A stretch of 64,000 nucleotides of DNA from Candidatus Poribacteria bacterium (GCA_965205025.1 CBDBFU010000014.1:416147-480146); one strand, 5' to 3'; shown: positions 20,679-30,654, numbered from the stretch's first letter. Notes: generated from the letters alone by a model not told the origin. Numbers and translations: made by a program.

Positions 20679-22466
20679 CTATATTCTGAAGATTTCGCCT
20701 AATTTACTTCCGAGTACGCGTCCTGCACCTAAGAGACAACCTATCAGAATTAACATACCGACAACACCTAAGGCACTGGCTATATAAGGACCATCGCCAA
20801 GGCGTTGGGAGAGCGACCAGATTGCTTTTGTGATTGGATAGTACTGGTTCTCTTGTGCTAATATCAGACTATCACTGACTTCAAGCATAGAAAATGAGAA
20901 GACAAGGATTGCACCAGCAAGGATATTGGCGAATACTAAGGGTAATGTGATTTTGTATAATGTGCGTACTGGGGTTGCTCCCATATTCTGTGATGCTTCT
21001 TCGTAGGCGATACTGGTCTGTTGAAATCCAGCATATATTGAACGTAACATATACGGCAATCGACGGACGGCATAACTGATGATCAATAATATAGTAGGAT
21101 TTTTCCGCGGATCTATAATGTTTATCAATTCTACGGGTAGATTACGTAGAAGAAATGAAGTGTCTGAAAAACTTCCCATATAACCAAAGGCGATAGCAAC
21201 ACCGGGTAACGCCAACGGTAGCATTGCTATAGCATCTAATAGGTTTTGGAAGGGTAAGTTCTTACGAGTAAGAAGGTATGCTATCACTACACCTACAATT
21301 AGTGCAACAACAGTACTGGATATACTGTACTTTAAACTGTTGAGTATACTCGGTAATGTATCGGCATGTGTGAATGTTTCACTATAATGTAGAAAGGTAT
21401 ATGTCTTCGGTAATATGGTAAAGTTCCAATCCCCTTCATTCCGTGTTAAAGACGCTAAAATAACACTGAGATGGGGTAGCAAAGCCATAAAGGTTAGACC
21501 ACCGATGAAGATGTAGATAATGCTTCGCATACTCCATTTAACATCAACTTCCCTTGAGGTTACATGTCCACGACCAAGCATTTCATAGTGTTTGGTGCCC
21601 GTCCATTTCTTAGAAGCATAGAATGCAAAAGCCGTCAGTACAATAATTAGGACCACAAGTGCATATCCCATTGGATTTTGGTTTGCATCTTGTACTTGTC
21701 TGAATATTCTGACGGCAATAACATCGTTATAATTAAATATAAGGGGTGTTCCAAGGTCTGTAAATGACCAGATAAAAACCAATATTGCCCCAGCGAAGTA
21801 TCCCGGCATCATTAAAGGCAATGTAATATTACGGAAGATTTGAAGCCGTGAGGATCCAAGGTTTTCTGCTGCTTCCTCCAGGCTTGGGTCTACATTGGAT
21901 AAGGCTGCAACGATATTTAGATACATAATTGGGTATAGGTGGAGTGTGGATAACAGGACAACACCCCAAAACCCACTCCCAAACCAGTTAATCGGGTCAG
22001 CATCCGGACTTAGTATGTGTAATTTTTGTAGAAGCAGGTTGACACTACCGTAATTTCCGAAGAATTTCATCATACCCAATGCGCCTACAAACGGTGGCAT
22101 AATCATGGGTATTAGGATGACGGATCGGAATATATTTCGACCTGGGAATCTGTAACGTGTGAGGAAGTATGCAAGCGGTAGACTTAGGATGCTGGTCATT
22201 ATCGTAACCATGACACCTAAATAGAAGCTATTAACAACCAATTTCCGTATGTTGGGATCGGTTATCATTAGTTTGAAATAGTGTAGATTGAATGTGTTTT
22301 CTATCCAGAATGCTTCTTTGAAAACATAGAGGAGGGGATAGATGAGGAATACGAGAAAAAATAGAATAGTAAGACTAAGGATTATGATAATTGGCGGGGT
22401 TAGATCGTATTTTCGTCTTATCTGCTCAAAGAATGAATGATTCATATAGGTCTGCTCAATTTCCAA
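20679..22466 (-). CDS. Iron(III)/thiamine-type ABC transporter permease (FbpB-like, two repeats)
   Basis: Two EAA motifs (LEEAAENLG, YEEASQNMGA) and many TM helices. Confidence 0.85.
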   Translation of the reverse strand: MEIEQTYMNHSFFEQIRRKYDLTPPIIIILSLTILFFLVFLIYPLLYVFKEAFWIENTFNLHYFKLMITDPNIRKLVVNSFYLGVMVTIMTSILSLPLAYFLTRYRFPGRNIFRSVILIPMIMPPFVGALGMMKFFGNYGSVNLLLQKLHILSPDADPINWFGSGFWGVVLLSTLHLYPIMYLNIVAALSNVDPSLEEAAENLGSSRLQIFRNITLPLMMPGYFAGAILVFIWSFTDLGTPLIFNYNDVIAVRIFRQVQDANQNPMGYALVVLIIVLTAFAFYASKKWTGTKHYEMLGRGHVTSREVDVKWSMRSIIYIFIGGLTFMALLPHLSVILASLTRNEGDWNFTILPKTYTFLHYSETFTHADTLPSILNSLKYSISSTVVALIVGVVIAYLLTRKNLPFQNLLDAIAMLPLALPGVAIAFGYMGSFSDTSFLLRNLPVELINIIDPRKNPTILLIISYAVRRLPYMLRSIYAGFQQTSIAYEEASQNMGATPVRTLYKITLPLVFANILAGAILVFSFSMLEVSDSLILAQENQYYPITKAIWSLSQRLGDGPYIASALGVVGMLILIGCLLGAGRVLGSKLGEIFRI

Positions 22467-22591
22467 TCGACACTTAACAATTTTGCATTTATAGAAGGTA
22501 TATATGTGTATGTAATTATACCTTGTATTGTTCAGAAATGCATCTGTTTAATGAATAGAGACAGACAGATATTTTAGAGCATATCTCATTA

Positions 22592-22626
22592 TAGTTGTTA
22601 GTTATTAGTTGTTAGTTTATAGTTGA
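22592..22626. repeat. Heptamer tandem repeat (TAGTTNN) x5
   Basis: TAGTTGT TAGTTAT TAGTTGT TAGTTTA TAGTTGA; ATATCTCAT occurs on both sides. Confidence 0.7.
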
Positions 22627-22743
22627 GGATATCTCATAGATTATCTATTTGGATGGATTTTGTTCAGCTCTTGTCCTAAAAAACGCTGTTTCTACGGTGT
22701 TCAATAGCACATAGTGTTGAGATGCATTCGATATACACTCTTA

Positions 22744-25700
22744 CTAATTATCTGCTACATCGTTAATTTGCAAATCTTCTACTGGTGTCCCATCAGTTTC
22801 GGTAACCCGCAAATAGAATCCCCAACTCATTCGCTCATTGCAAACCTTTACGAGGACGGTATTCTTGCCTGCCTTGAGCGTGACGGGAATAGTGTTTTTA
22901 TCAAGTATGGCTGTTTGAGCGTTGGGATCTGTGAATATCTCTGCGCCATTTAGCCATATTTTTGATTGGTCATCACTACAAAATCGGAACAACGCTTCTC
23001 GCTCGTTAGGAGAGGTTACGGTTGCCATTGCATAAGAAACACGCCAATCAATGTCCTCACCGAAGTCAATAAAACCGTTAAAAGCATCATCGGTAAATTT
23101 TTTCCAACTTATTTGTCCATCAATGCCTTCATATTTCTTATTTAGATCAATTTGCGTTGTGTCTTCGGGGATGTATTTCGTATTGTATCCGATTCCAACC
23201 GTGTTATCAAATGGACCGAGTATCCACCATGCATTTTCATCAATCATACCTGTTTGTCTCATCTGTTCCATTGCCTTTTCCGGCATGTTGTTTTTATTGT
23301 AGTATTCCGCTAATCCGAGATTTACATTTACGTGGAAGGTCGGTTTGGGAGGTGGTGCGTTCAACATCTCATCAGCGTTAATGAATTTCAAATCATTAAA
23401 CGGATTGCCATCTGCGTCTGTAAGTCGCATAAAAAAGTACGTGTATATACTTGCATTGCATACCTTGACGAGAATAGTGTTTTCTCCTTTTTGCAGGGTA
23501 GCAGGAAAGTTGTAGCGGTCAACTTGTGCCCCACTCATTCTATCATGCTTAAATACCCCTTTTCCGTTTAACCAGACTATTCCTTGGTCATCGCTGTCAA
23601 ATCGGATAGTAATATCGCGTTCATCAGGTGAAGAGACAATTGCCGATGCGTATGTTGCAGTCCAATCTATGTCTTCACCGAGCCAGATCATTCCATTTAC
23701 TGTGTTGTCCTCCGGTTTTTGCCAATGAATGAGTTTATCTTTTCCATAATACTTTGCAGTTGTGTCAATTTGTGTGTTGTCCTCTGGGATATAAGCGGTA
23801 TAGATGCCAACATTATCTTTATTGTCAAATGGACCTAAGGTTATCCATGCAGTTTCTGGAACAAAACCGGTTCTTAATAGATAGTTTTCCGCCTTCTTAG
23901 GCATCCCATTTTCTGCATAAGATTCAGCGATGATACGATGAATATTTGCGTGAGCATTTAAACTCTCTGCAGGAATGGAATTTATCAGTTCATTTAGTAT
24001 TTGAATGAAACGTTCTTTGTCGTTTGCATTCTTACTTGCTGCAGCGATTTCCTCCCAAAACATATCCGAATAATGTTCATTAGGTATAAAGCTTAACGCA
24101 TGTTTGAAGTGTTTTAGTGCCTCATCATAGAGTCCATTAGCGATACAAGCACGTCCAAGGGTTGTGGGATATGGAGAATAATATGAGTATGTATATTTGA
24201 AGAATGCACGTTTCGCGAAATTTAGTGCTGTTTCTGGATAAAGTCCTTTGTCAAGAAGTTTATCAGCAAAATTACGATAATTGGATGTATTCTGTGCACT
24301 GTTAACTGCTTTTTGCCGTATTTTCAACCACTGATCATAAGCGAGTTCCGCTTTATCGGGATCACCTGTTTTTGTGTAGATGTCCCCTAAAAGTTCGTGC
24401 AGGACAGCACTATTATCCATTTTTGGGAATTTTTGATGTATCTCTTCAAGGATAGCAATGTGTTTGTCTTCTTGTCCTTCGCCATCGTAAAGTCCAATAA
24501 TAGCGCGAACAGCAGAATCATATTCATTTTGTTTTAGAGTAGCAGCTAATGCGCGACGATACGATGCCTCCGCTTGTGAAGTCTGTTCGGTTTTAATATA
24601 GGTTTGTGCTAATAGGTCGTAGAGTTGGTATGAAGTCGGATCAAGTTCAATTGCTTTTTCATAAGCAGCTATTGACTTCGCCAATTGTTCGGGTATTGAT
24701 TTTTCAGACGTAGTGCCTGTTTCACGGCTCTCTTGCGGTAGATTTTGATAAAGGTCACCAAGTTTTTTGTGCCACTGTGCGTTTTCTGACTCAAGTGCGG
24801 TAAGTCTTTCGTATTGCGTCACCGCTTCTTTAATTTTATCAAAGGCTTCATAACTTTCAGCAAGTTTCAAGATACGTTTGGTATCGTTGGGATTCTGTTC
24901 CACTAATTTAAGCTGTTCCGGTATCCATTTTTCATAAAGATTACCGGATTTCGCTGCATCGTTCATTCCAGTTTCCGCTCTATTCCGTGCGTAACTATCG
25001 TCAGCATTTTTTGCCATCTGTTGATATACATTAAAAGCGTCTTCATACCGTTTGGCGGAGAGGTTGCTTTTGGCAAGAATTTCATACAAGTACTTTAGTT
25101 CCCAATTGTCATCGGAATTTTCTGCTTGAGTGACAGCATTATCAGCGAGTTTAATAGCCGATTCATACATTTCATTATCAAGACATATAGTGGCAAGTGC
25201 CCCAAAGAATGACGAGTCCTGTTTATTTTTGATGGATGCAAAAGCGATGTCGGCTTGGTTCAGGACTGTTTTCACCATATCAGGCTGGTTATTTCTATGA
25301 AAGGCAGCAGCAGCGTGATAAAAACTGCGAATATTCCTACGATCCATCGGTTCAGTTTTACTAAGTAAGTGATATGTTTCGGCAGCTTTCTGGTAATCAT
25401 TGGTATCCCAATAAATTTCAGCGAGCAGTTCAAGGACGGCAGGATTTGTAGCATCCTTTTCAAATTTACCTTCGAAAAGGGTTGTCAATACATCAAGCTG
25501 CCCTTGATTTTTATAGACATTTATCAAGGTTTTGCGTGTCTCATCACCGTCAAATCGGACTGTAATACCGTTTGAACTATAAGTCGTTGACCTCAGTATT
25601 GATTCTATCTCCTTTGATGTTTCGGTTTCGTAGTAGTCCAATGCCAAGTCTAACCTATCTTGTTTTGAGTAGACATTGAGCAGGTCGTTGGCGATTTCAT

Positions 25701-26532
25701 TTCTCTTATAGGGACTATCGGTCATTTCGAGTGCTTTTTTAAATGCATTAGCAGCTTTCTGTAATTCCCCGATATTACGAAAGTGTTGGGCGCGTTGTTT
25801 TTGCATCTCAAATGTAAGGGCACCTTCATCTTCAGTTTTCTGTAACATCTCTTCTAAATTTCCTTGATAACGATAAAGGTTGACCAATTGCCGTTCAATC
25901 CTTTCTCGATCCCATTCTGATGTTGTGGCTGAGATGGCATTCTTCAATGCTATTTCAGCAGCATCTATGTCCTCAATAAGGAAATAGTGTTCTGCAAGTC
26001 TGAGAAAGATTTCTTTATTGCTATATCCGAATACAGTTGCCATCTTATAGTTCTCGATGGCTGCAGCTACGTCACCTTCTGCTTCATAAAGTTTTGCGAG
26101 TCGTGCGTAATGTATCCCCACTTCGGGATATGTTTGAATATATGACTGCGCGATTTCAAGTGCCTCGTTGTGTTGACCAGCAGCTTGTAAACTGTTAACA
26201 AGTTCATCTTGATACTTGATGTTTTCAGGTTCAGCTTCAAGCAGTTGGCTGTAGGTTTGTGCAGCTTTTTCGTGTTGATTTGTACGTGTGTAAAGCGATG
26301 CGAGTTGTGTGCGGGATTCATTGTCTTCAGGGGTTGCGATCACAATCCGTTCATAGATTTCTATTGCTTCCTCTATTTTGTTTTGTTTCACGAATTCTTG
26401 TGCTCTATTGACGAATTCTTGTAAAGGTGTACGATTTTTTTCAGTGTCTTGTGCCGTAAGTTCTGTTATAAAAGGAACCACTATGATTAACATGAAAACG
26501 ATTAAAAAGAATATCAATTTTGATCGTGTCAT
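22744..26532 (-). CDS. Large secreted TPR protein with two tandem C-terminal beta-sandwich (PA14/carbohydrate-binding-like) domains
   Basis: Signal peptide, many TPRs, duplicated W.xLGPFDN...SDDQ..xWLNG...L.xG.NT.LVKVCN...F..R.T..DG.P domain. Confidence 0.8.
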   Translation of the reverse strand: MTRSKLIFFLIVFMLIIVVPFITELTAQDTEKNRTPLQEFVNRAQEFVKQNKIEEAIEIYERIVIATPEDNESRTQLASLYTRTNQHEKAAQTYSQLLEAEPENIKYQDELVNSLQAAGQHNEALEIAQSYIQTYPEVGIHYARLAKLYEAEGDVAAAIENYKMATVFGYSNKEIFLRLAEHYFLIEDIDAAEIALKNAISATTSEWDRERIERQLVNLYRYQGNLEEMLQKTEDEGALTFEMQKQRAQHFRNIGELQKAANAFKKALEMTDSPYKRNEIANDLLNVYSKQDRLDLALDYYETETSKEIESILRSTTYSSNGITVRFDGDETRKTLINVYKNQGQLDVLTTLFEGKFEKDATNPAVLELLAEIYWDTNDYQKAAETYHLLSKTEPMDRRNIRSFYHAAAAFHRNNQPDMVKTVLNQADIAFASIKNKQDSSFFGALATICLDNEMYESAIKLADNAVTQAENSDDNWELKYLYEILAKSNLSAKRYEDAFNVYQQMAKNADDSYARNRAETGMNDAAKSGNLYEKWIPEQLKLVEQNPNDTKRILKLAESYEAFDKIKEAVTQYERLTALESENAQWHKKLGDLYQNLPQESRETGTTSEKSIPEQLAKSIAAYEKAIELDPTSYQLYDLLAQTYIKTEQTSQAEASYRRALAATLKQNEYDSAVRAIIGLYDGEGQEDKHIAILEEIHQKFPKMDNSAVLHELLGDIYTKTGDPDKAELAYDQWLKIRQKAVNSAQNTSNYRNFADKLLDKGLYPETALNFAKRAFFKYTYSYYSPYPTTLGRACIANGLYDEALKHFKHALSFIPNEHYSDMFWEEIAAASKNANDKERFIQILNELINSIPAESLNAHANIHRIIAESYAENGMPKKAENYLLRTGFVPETAWITLGPFDNKDNVGIYTAYIPEDNTQIDTTAKYYGKDKLIHWQKPEDNTVNGMIWLGEDIDWTATYASAIVSSPDERDITIRFDSDDQGIVWLNGKGVFKHDRMSGAQVDRYNFPATLQKGENTILVKVCNASIYTYFFMRLTDADGNPFNDLKFINADEMLNAPPPKPTFHVNVNLGLAEYYNKNNMPEKAMEQMRQTGMIDENAWWILGPFDNTVGIGYNTKYIPEDTTQIDLNKKYEGIDGQISWKKFTDDAFNGFIDFGEDIDWRVSYAMATVTSPNEREALFRFCSDDQSKIWLNGAEIFTDPNAQTAILDKNTIPVTLKAGKNTVLVKVCNERMSWGFYLRVTETDGTPVEDLQINDVADN

Positions 26533-26723
26533 TGAGATATAACTTCTATGGATAAATATTCCGCCACTTCAAGATTCATCCGTTCTATTTCCGCGAGGAA
26601 ACCGCCTGCGGATAATTCATAATTCCGGGGATTAGTTTCAAACGCTTTGAGTTTTTCAACTATTTTTTGAAAGTGCTCAATGCGTTTGAGTGTTGTTTTA
26701 AGTTCTTGATCATTTTGAATCAT
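26529..26723 (-). CDS. Small helical hypothetical protein (64 aa)
   Basis: AGAGG RBS-like site upstream; stop overlaps the TPR gene start (ATGA). Confidence 0.6.
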   Translation of the reverse strand: MIQNDQELKTTLKRIEHFQKIVEKLKAFETNPRNYELSAGGFLAEIERMNLEVAEYLSIEVISQ

Positions 26724-26936
26724 TATGAACTACCTCTACTATTACGGACTTGATTAACGAGCCAAACATCGTCCCAAGCAAATTTGTCCTGCTTTTCTCT
26801 GTTTGCAATACCGTTGATTATTTTCCAAACTATACAATTAATAGATGAAATTGTCAATATCAATGCAGAGGTTGGTAGGGTTATTTTGTTTTCGTATTTT
26901 CTGCTATATTTTTTTACATTTCTATATAAACTACCT

Positions 26937-27023
26937 GTAGGTTGGGTTGAGGAACGAAACCTAACATGTAACACTAAGCATACAGGAAATGTTGGGTTTC
27001 CCATGTGGTTCAACTCAACCTAC
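26937..27023. repeat. GTAG-type REP doublet
   Basis: GTAGGTTGGGTTGAGGAACGAAACCTAAC ... TTGGGTTTC...TCAACTCAACCTAC (inverted). Confidence 0.7.
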
Positions 27024-27205
27024 GTAATAAACTATCAGTAACACTCATGCTGATATTTCAGATGGTTATAAAGGTATAAAAATAGACATTTAATCCTAAT
27101 ATACAGACAAAAAATAACGTGTAAAAACAGACATTTAATCCTAAATACTCAGACAGTGAATTGTGTTGTTGTTGCATTTCTCTATTCACCGAAAAAATGA
27201 AAAAA

Positions 27206-27236
27206 GTTACACTTTTTGTCACACGGTGTGACATTG
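27206..27236 (+). repeat. 31-bp repeat, inverted partner at 42156-42186
   Basis: GTTACACTTTTTGTCACACGGTGTGACATTG; 30/31 identical to the reverse complement of 42156-42186. Confidence 0.85.
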
Positions 27237-27754
27237 AAGTTGGTGTGAATTACCCCTGTAAACTCTGTCATAGACTGGCTTGAATCCACTTTGAATTAAC
27301 TTTATAAGAAATTGAAAAAAATGTGATTTTGTGTTTTTGTTGTGCTTCCTGATTTTGACATTTCCAACGGTTAAAAAGGTATGCTTTTTTGACGTAAATG
27401 AAAGTGCGTAATTAGGATCGTTTTTATAGATAGTCATCTTTTAATTTCCTATGAATATGTAGCTTTTAGTTGATGGTTTGTGTTCTAACCTGTAATCTTT
27501 TTCCTAACCCCTAATTTTCTTTTTATTTTGACAAATATTATTGATATGCTTTTCTGTTTTTGTGATTTATGTATGTTAGTTGTTAGATATGGGTGTTTTC
27601 TTCATTTTTTTAATTAAAAATGTGAGAACAACATTTCTTGTTAAAATCGTGGATTATTGGCTCATGTGTTATTATGTTGTATTTTATGTTTGCGAATATA
27701 GGATGTTGACGTGCTTGTAGGTTATGCCGGTGAGATGCTCTTAAAATCCGGGTA

Positions 27755-27788
27755 AATCTGTGTCATCTGCGTAATCCGCGATTCAGAC
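27755..27788 (+). repeat. 34-bp repeat, inverted partner at 30883-30916
   Basis: AATCTGTGTCATCTGCGTAATCCGCGATTCAGAC; 31/34 identical to the reverse complement of 30883-30916. Confidence 0.8.
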
Positions 27789-27910
27789 ACTTTTTTTTTA
27801 TGGTCATGGAGGGGTAAGCATTTCGGAGATGTTTTCTATTAATTTAACTTAAGGTTCCTTCCGCTCAAAGTCAGCAGTGCTTTATTTTTACAATTGAATG
27901 GATTCGTACT

Positions 27911-28507
27911 TTAGGGTAAATGGCTCCCACTGCCGGTTTGGGACCAGAAGTCTTCGGCGGTCTGTTGATGGTTCTGACTTAGCCACTGATGAATCCGCCT
28001 AAGAATGCGTGGCAACCCTTTTTGTGGCAAGTTTTTTGATTCCCAACTTGCCATCTGCCTCCGTAGCGAAACATCAATCGGGTTTTCAACTGAAATATCT
28101 ACTTGATGGCAGGTTTGTATCAGTTTTCGGTCATCTGTTGCTAAGACGTTAGCGCTTTGTGTGCGCGTTGCCTGTAAAAGTACAGCGTCCGTAATATCAA
28201 TTTCCAATGTATCAGCAATCTGCATTGACGTGAGAGTTATCGGTAGGTCTATCTCAATAATTTTAATCGGACCGGCGGAAAATTTGGAAAGTTGTTGTGA
28301 GACAAGGTTAACATCTATATCATAGACCTTTGTGAGTATTGCTTTTACCTCCAACAATGTAAGGGTTGTCGTGAACCAACCAGCGTGTTCTCGGATAAAT
28401 GCCTCACATGCAGCAGATGCGGGGTGGTTATCAAGCAGTGAATAGACAATCAACATAGCGTCTAATCCGCGCGGTGCGAATTGATCAGAAGATAAGGTCA
28501 TCACCAC
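27911..28507 (-). CDS. PIN-domain (VapC-like) toxin with C-terminal extension
   Basis: Acidic PIN motifs LDAM, TLLEV, ITDAVLL, LATDD; overlaps the upstream AbrB-like gene. Confidence 0.75.
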   Translation of the reverse strand: MVMTLSSDQFAPRGLDAMLIVYSLLDNHPASAACEAFIREHAGWFTTTLTLLEVKAILTKVYDIDVNLVSQQLSKFSAGPIKIIEIDLPITLTSMQIADTLEIDITDAVLLQATRTQSANVLATDDRKLIQTCHQVDISVENPIDVSLRRQMASWESKNLPQKGLPRILRRIHQWLSQNHQQTAEDFWSQTGSGSHLP

Positions 28508-28713
28508 TTACCCTCGGACAAGTCTAATGCCGAAGGAGTTTCCATTTTCAGTTTTTTGGCATAAATATCGTCCCACGTCTGTGTAGTGGAAGGACGGATT
28601 AATATGCCATCGTCTGTTCTTTCGATCACGACACCCGATTCCAACCCCAATTCTTTCACCCAGTCAAGGGGTAATTTGATTTTATGATCGGTTTCTAACG
28701 AAAGTGTTTTCAT
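28501..28713 (-). CDS. AbrB/MazE-like antitoxin
   Basis: KIKLP..W..ELGL..GVVIE...GILIRP swapped-hairpin pattern; AGGAAGAGG RBS upstream. Confidence 0.7.
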   Translation of the reverse strand: MKTLSLETDHKIKLPLDWVKELGLESGVVIERTDDGILIRPSTTQTWDDIYAKKLKMETPSALDLSEGKW

Positions 28714-28772
28714 TGTATCTACCTCTTCCTATAAGCAATTAGAGATAGTATATCACGACTTGCTGTGAATTA

Positions 28773-28841
28773 TCAATTGTACTTGCCTTTTGCGTCTGCG
28801 TTATGGAAGTCTGCGAAAACACTTGATTTGTTGATCCTCAT
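28773..28841 (-). pseudogene. N-terminal fragment of a small hypothetical protein (MRINKSSVFADFHNADAKGKYN*)
   Basis: Manual translation; VFADFHNAD resembles, from memory and unverified, the N-terminus of the family whose C-terminal half is at 30993-31214. Confidence 0.4.
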
Positions 28842-28870
28842 AATGTTAGTGTGTTTTGTAAGTCCACCCG

Positions 28871-29362
28871 CTAATCTGCCTCACCTGCATCTTGAAGTGC
28901 GTTTTTGATGAGCAACTCGCTCAGGTGCATTCCGTTATCCTGTAACTGAATTAAAAGCGGCTTGATGACTTCAATTAAGCCTTTTTCCTTTGCCTCAAGT
29001 AAAACGCCTACTGTGCCTTTAGTCATTATTCTGATTTTTTTCGCCTTCTGTCTTCCCCTCTTTTCATCAAGAAGAACGAGCCGTGCGTCATGTTCATTAG
29101 CAAGAGCCAATGCCTCGGCTTCACCATCATCAAGTTCCGTATGAACTGCAGCGGTTCGCGGATCCGTTAAATCAATAGTCTTAATCCAGGGGGCATTTTC
29201 GAGTGCCTCTCGGCGGACTATTGGATCCTTTTTGAGAAACTCCTTTTCAACTTTTCTTGGAATCCACACCTCTGTATAAAGATCCCGCAACAGAGAAAGT
29301 AGGTTGAGGCCTAAGAGTCCAACAAGCGGACTGTTATTGCTAATAACTGGCTGTGTTGGCAT
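28871..29362 (-). CDS. DUF3368 / COG2405 PIN-domain protein (predicted toxin)
   Basis: VISNNSPL, IP..V..E, LDDGEAEALALA, LLDEKRGR, GTVGVLLEAKEKGLI. Confidence 0.85.
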   Translation of the reverse strand: MPTQPVISNNSPLVGLLGLNLLSLLRDLYTEVWIPRKVEKEFLKKDPIVRREALENAPWIKTIDLTDPRTAAVHTELDDGEAEALALANEHDARLVLLDEKRGRQKAKKIRIMTKGTVGVLLEAKEKGLIEVIKPLLIQLQDNGMHLSELLIKNALQDAGEAD

Positions 29363-29364
29363 TC

Positions 29365-30654
29365 TTAATGTCCGCTATTGACAAGTTCCTCTTCATCAAG
29401 AGTCAAGAGAGAGAGTCCGTAATCTCCCATCAGATACCAGAATTCTTCGCGTGGCACACCTGCCAGACGTGCTGCCAGACCGCTGCTGAGTTCGTCGTTT
29501 CCATAATACTTCATTCCCAACGCGATCCGCGCATCTTTATCAATTTCAAACGGTTCGCTCCGCGGTGTCAACAACGTTACAATCTTTTTCGGCAAACGAC
29601 TCCCTATCTTCTCCTCAAAGGCAGCAATGCTCCCGTGGATATTGTGAAATACAGCGGCAACATCCACTTCTTGAAGAAGTGCAGCAGTCAAATCGGTCTC
29701 CGCTTCTTCCCAACCTTTCGCAAGCAACCACGCCTCACCCCGTATATAATAGAATTCAGGGACCTTTGGTCTGCGTGTTAGTGCCTCGGTATAATTCGCA
29801 ATTGCGCTGTCTAACTCGGCTTTGGCACGATAAGCGTTGCCTCGATGTGTGTATGCCTCCACAAGTTCTGAATTAATCTGTATGGCTTTGTCATAATCTT
29901 TAATCGCCTTGTCCAATTCGTTTTTGGCGTAGTAAACCTGACCCCGATTGAGGTATGCCTCGGCAAATTCTGGATTGCAGTCGATTGCCTGACTATGATC
30001 TTCAATCGCTTTGTCTATCTCGCCTTGTTCGTTGTAGATGAGACCGCGGCAGGTATAGGGTTCTGCAGATTTTGGGTTGAGTTCTATGGCTTTGTTGTAA
30101 TCTACAATCGCCTTGTCTACCTCGTCTTTATCACGATAAGCCTTACCGCGTTCCGTATAAGCCTGGGTAAACTCTGGGGCCATCTCTATCGCAGCGTTAT
30201 AGTCTTCAATCGCCTTGTCTACGTCCCCTTTGCTATGGTAGGTTATACCGCGTTCTTTATATCTATCGGCAGCCTCTTCGGGTTTGAGACGTATCGCCGT
30301 GCTAAAGTCTTGGATGGCTTTCTCAAAAACCAGCAGATTGCGGTAAGCCATCCCGCGGCCATAGTAGGCAAATGCATCGTCAGGTGTGAGGCTTATGACT
30401 TTGCTAAAATCATCGACTGCACGATAAAACTTGCCCTTGTTGTAGTAAGCTATGCCTTGCTGCCCGTAGGCAATGACATTTTCCGGATCCAGTTCTATTG
30501 CTTTGCTAAAGTCTGCAATGGCCTGATCGTACTCACCGTTTTTGAGGTGAGCAATACCACGGGTGTTATGCATCGACGCAGCACCTCCGCTTTTTGCGTC
30601 AACAAAATCGCTGTTGTAATAGGTATCCACAGAACCTTGGATCAGTTCTTGCAT
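29365..30654 (-). CDS. TPR-array protein fused to a C-terminal UPF0175 (COG2886)-like antitoxin domain
   Basis: About 8-9 canonical 34-aa TPRs; C-terminal RIALGMKYY...LSSGLAARLAGVPREEFWYLMGDYGL...DEEEL. Confidence 0.8.
   Translation of the reverse strand: MQELIQGSVDTYYNSDFVDAKSGGAASMHNTRGIAHLKNGEYDQAIADFSKAIELDPENVIAYGQQGIAYYNKGKFYRAVDDFSKVISLTPDDAFAYYGRGMAYRNLLVFEKAIQDFSTAIRLKPEEAADRYKERGITYHSKGDVDKAIEDYNAAIEMAPEFTQAYTERGKAYRDKDEVDKAIVDYNKAIELNPKSAEPYTCRGLIYNEQGEIDKAIEDHSQAIDCNPEFAEAYLNRGQVYYAKNELDKAIKDYDKAIQINSELVEAYTHRGNAYRAKAELDSAIANYTEALTRRPKVPEFYYIRGEAWLLAKGWEEAETDLTAALLQEVDVAAVFHNIHGSIAAFEEKIGSRLPKKIVTLLTPRSEPFEIDKDARIALGMKYYGNDELSSGLAARLAGVPREEFWYLMGDYGLSLLTLDEEELVNSGH

Noticed and set aside
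22744-23900. DGR template/variable repeat pair
   Set aside because: The duplicated domains are diverged at all bases, both in-frame coding, and there is no reverse transcriptase in the window.
27084-27155. Possible mini-CRISPR (also 4421-4474)
   Set aside because: Only two units, spacer of 0-19 nt, no cas genes.
26723-27437. ORFs 26723-27013, 26784-27041, 27219-27437
   Set aside because: They cross REP or repeat sequence, are low-complexity and show no recognisable motifs.
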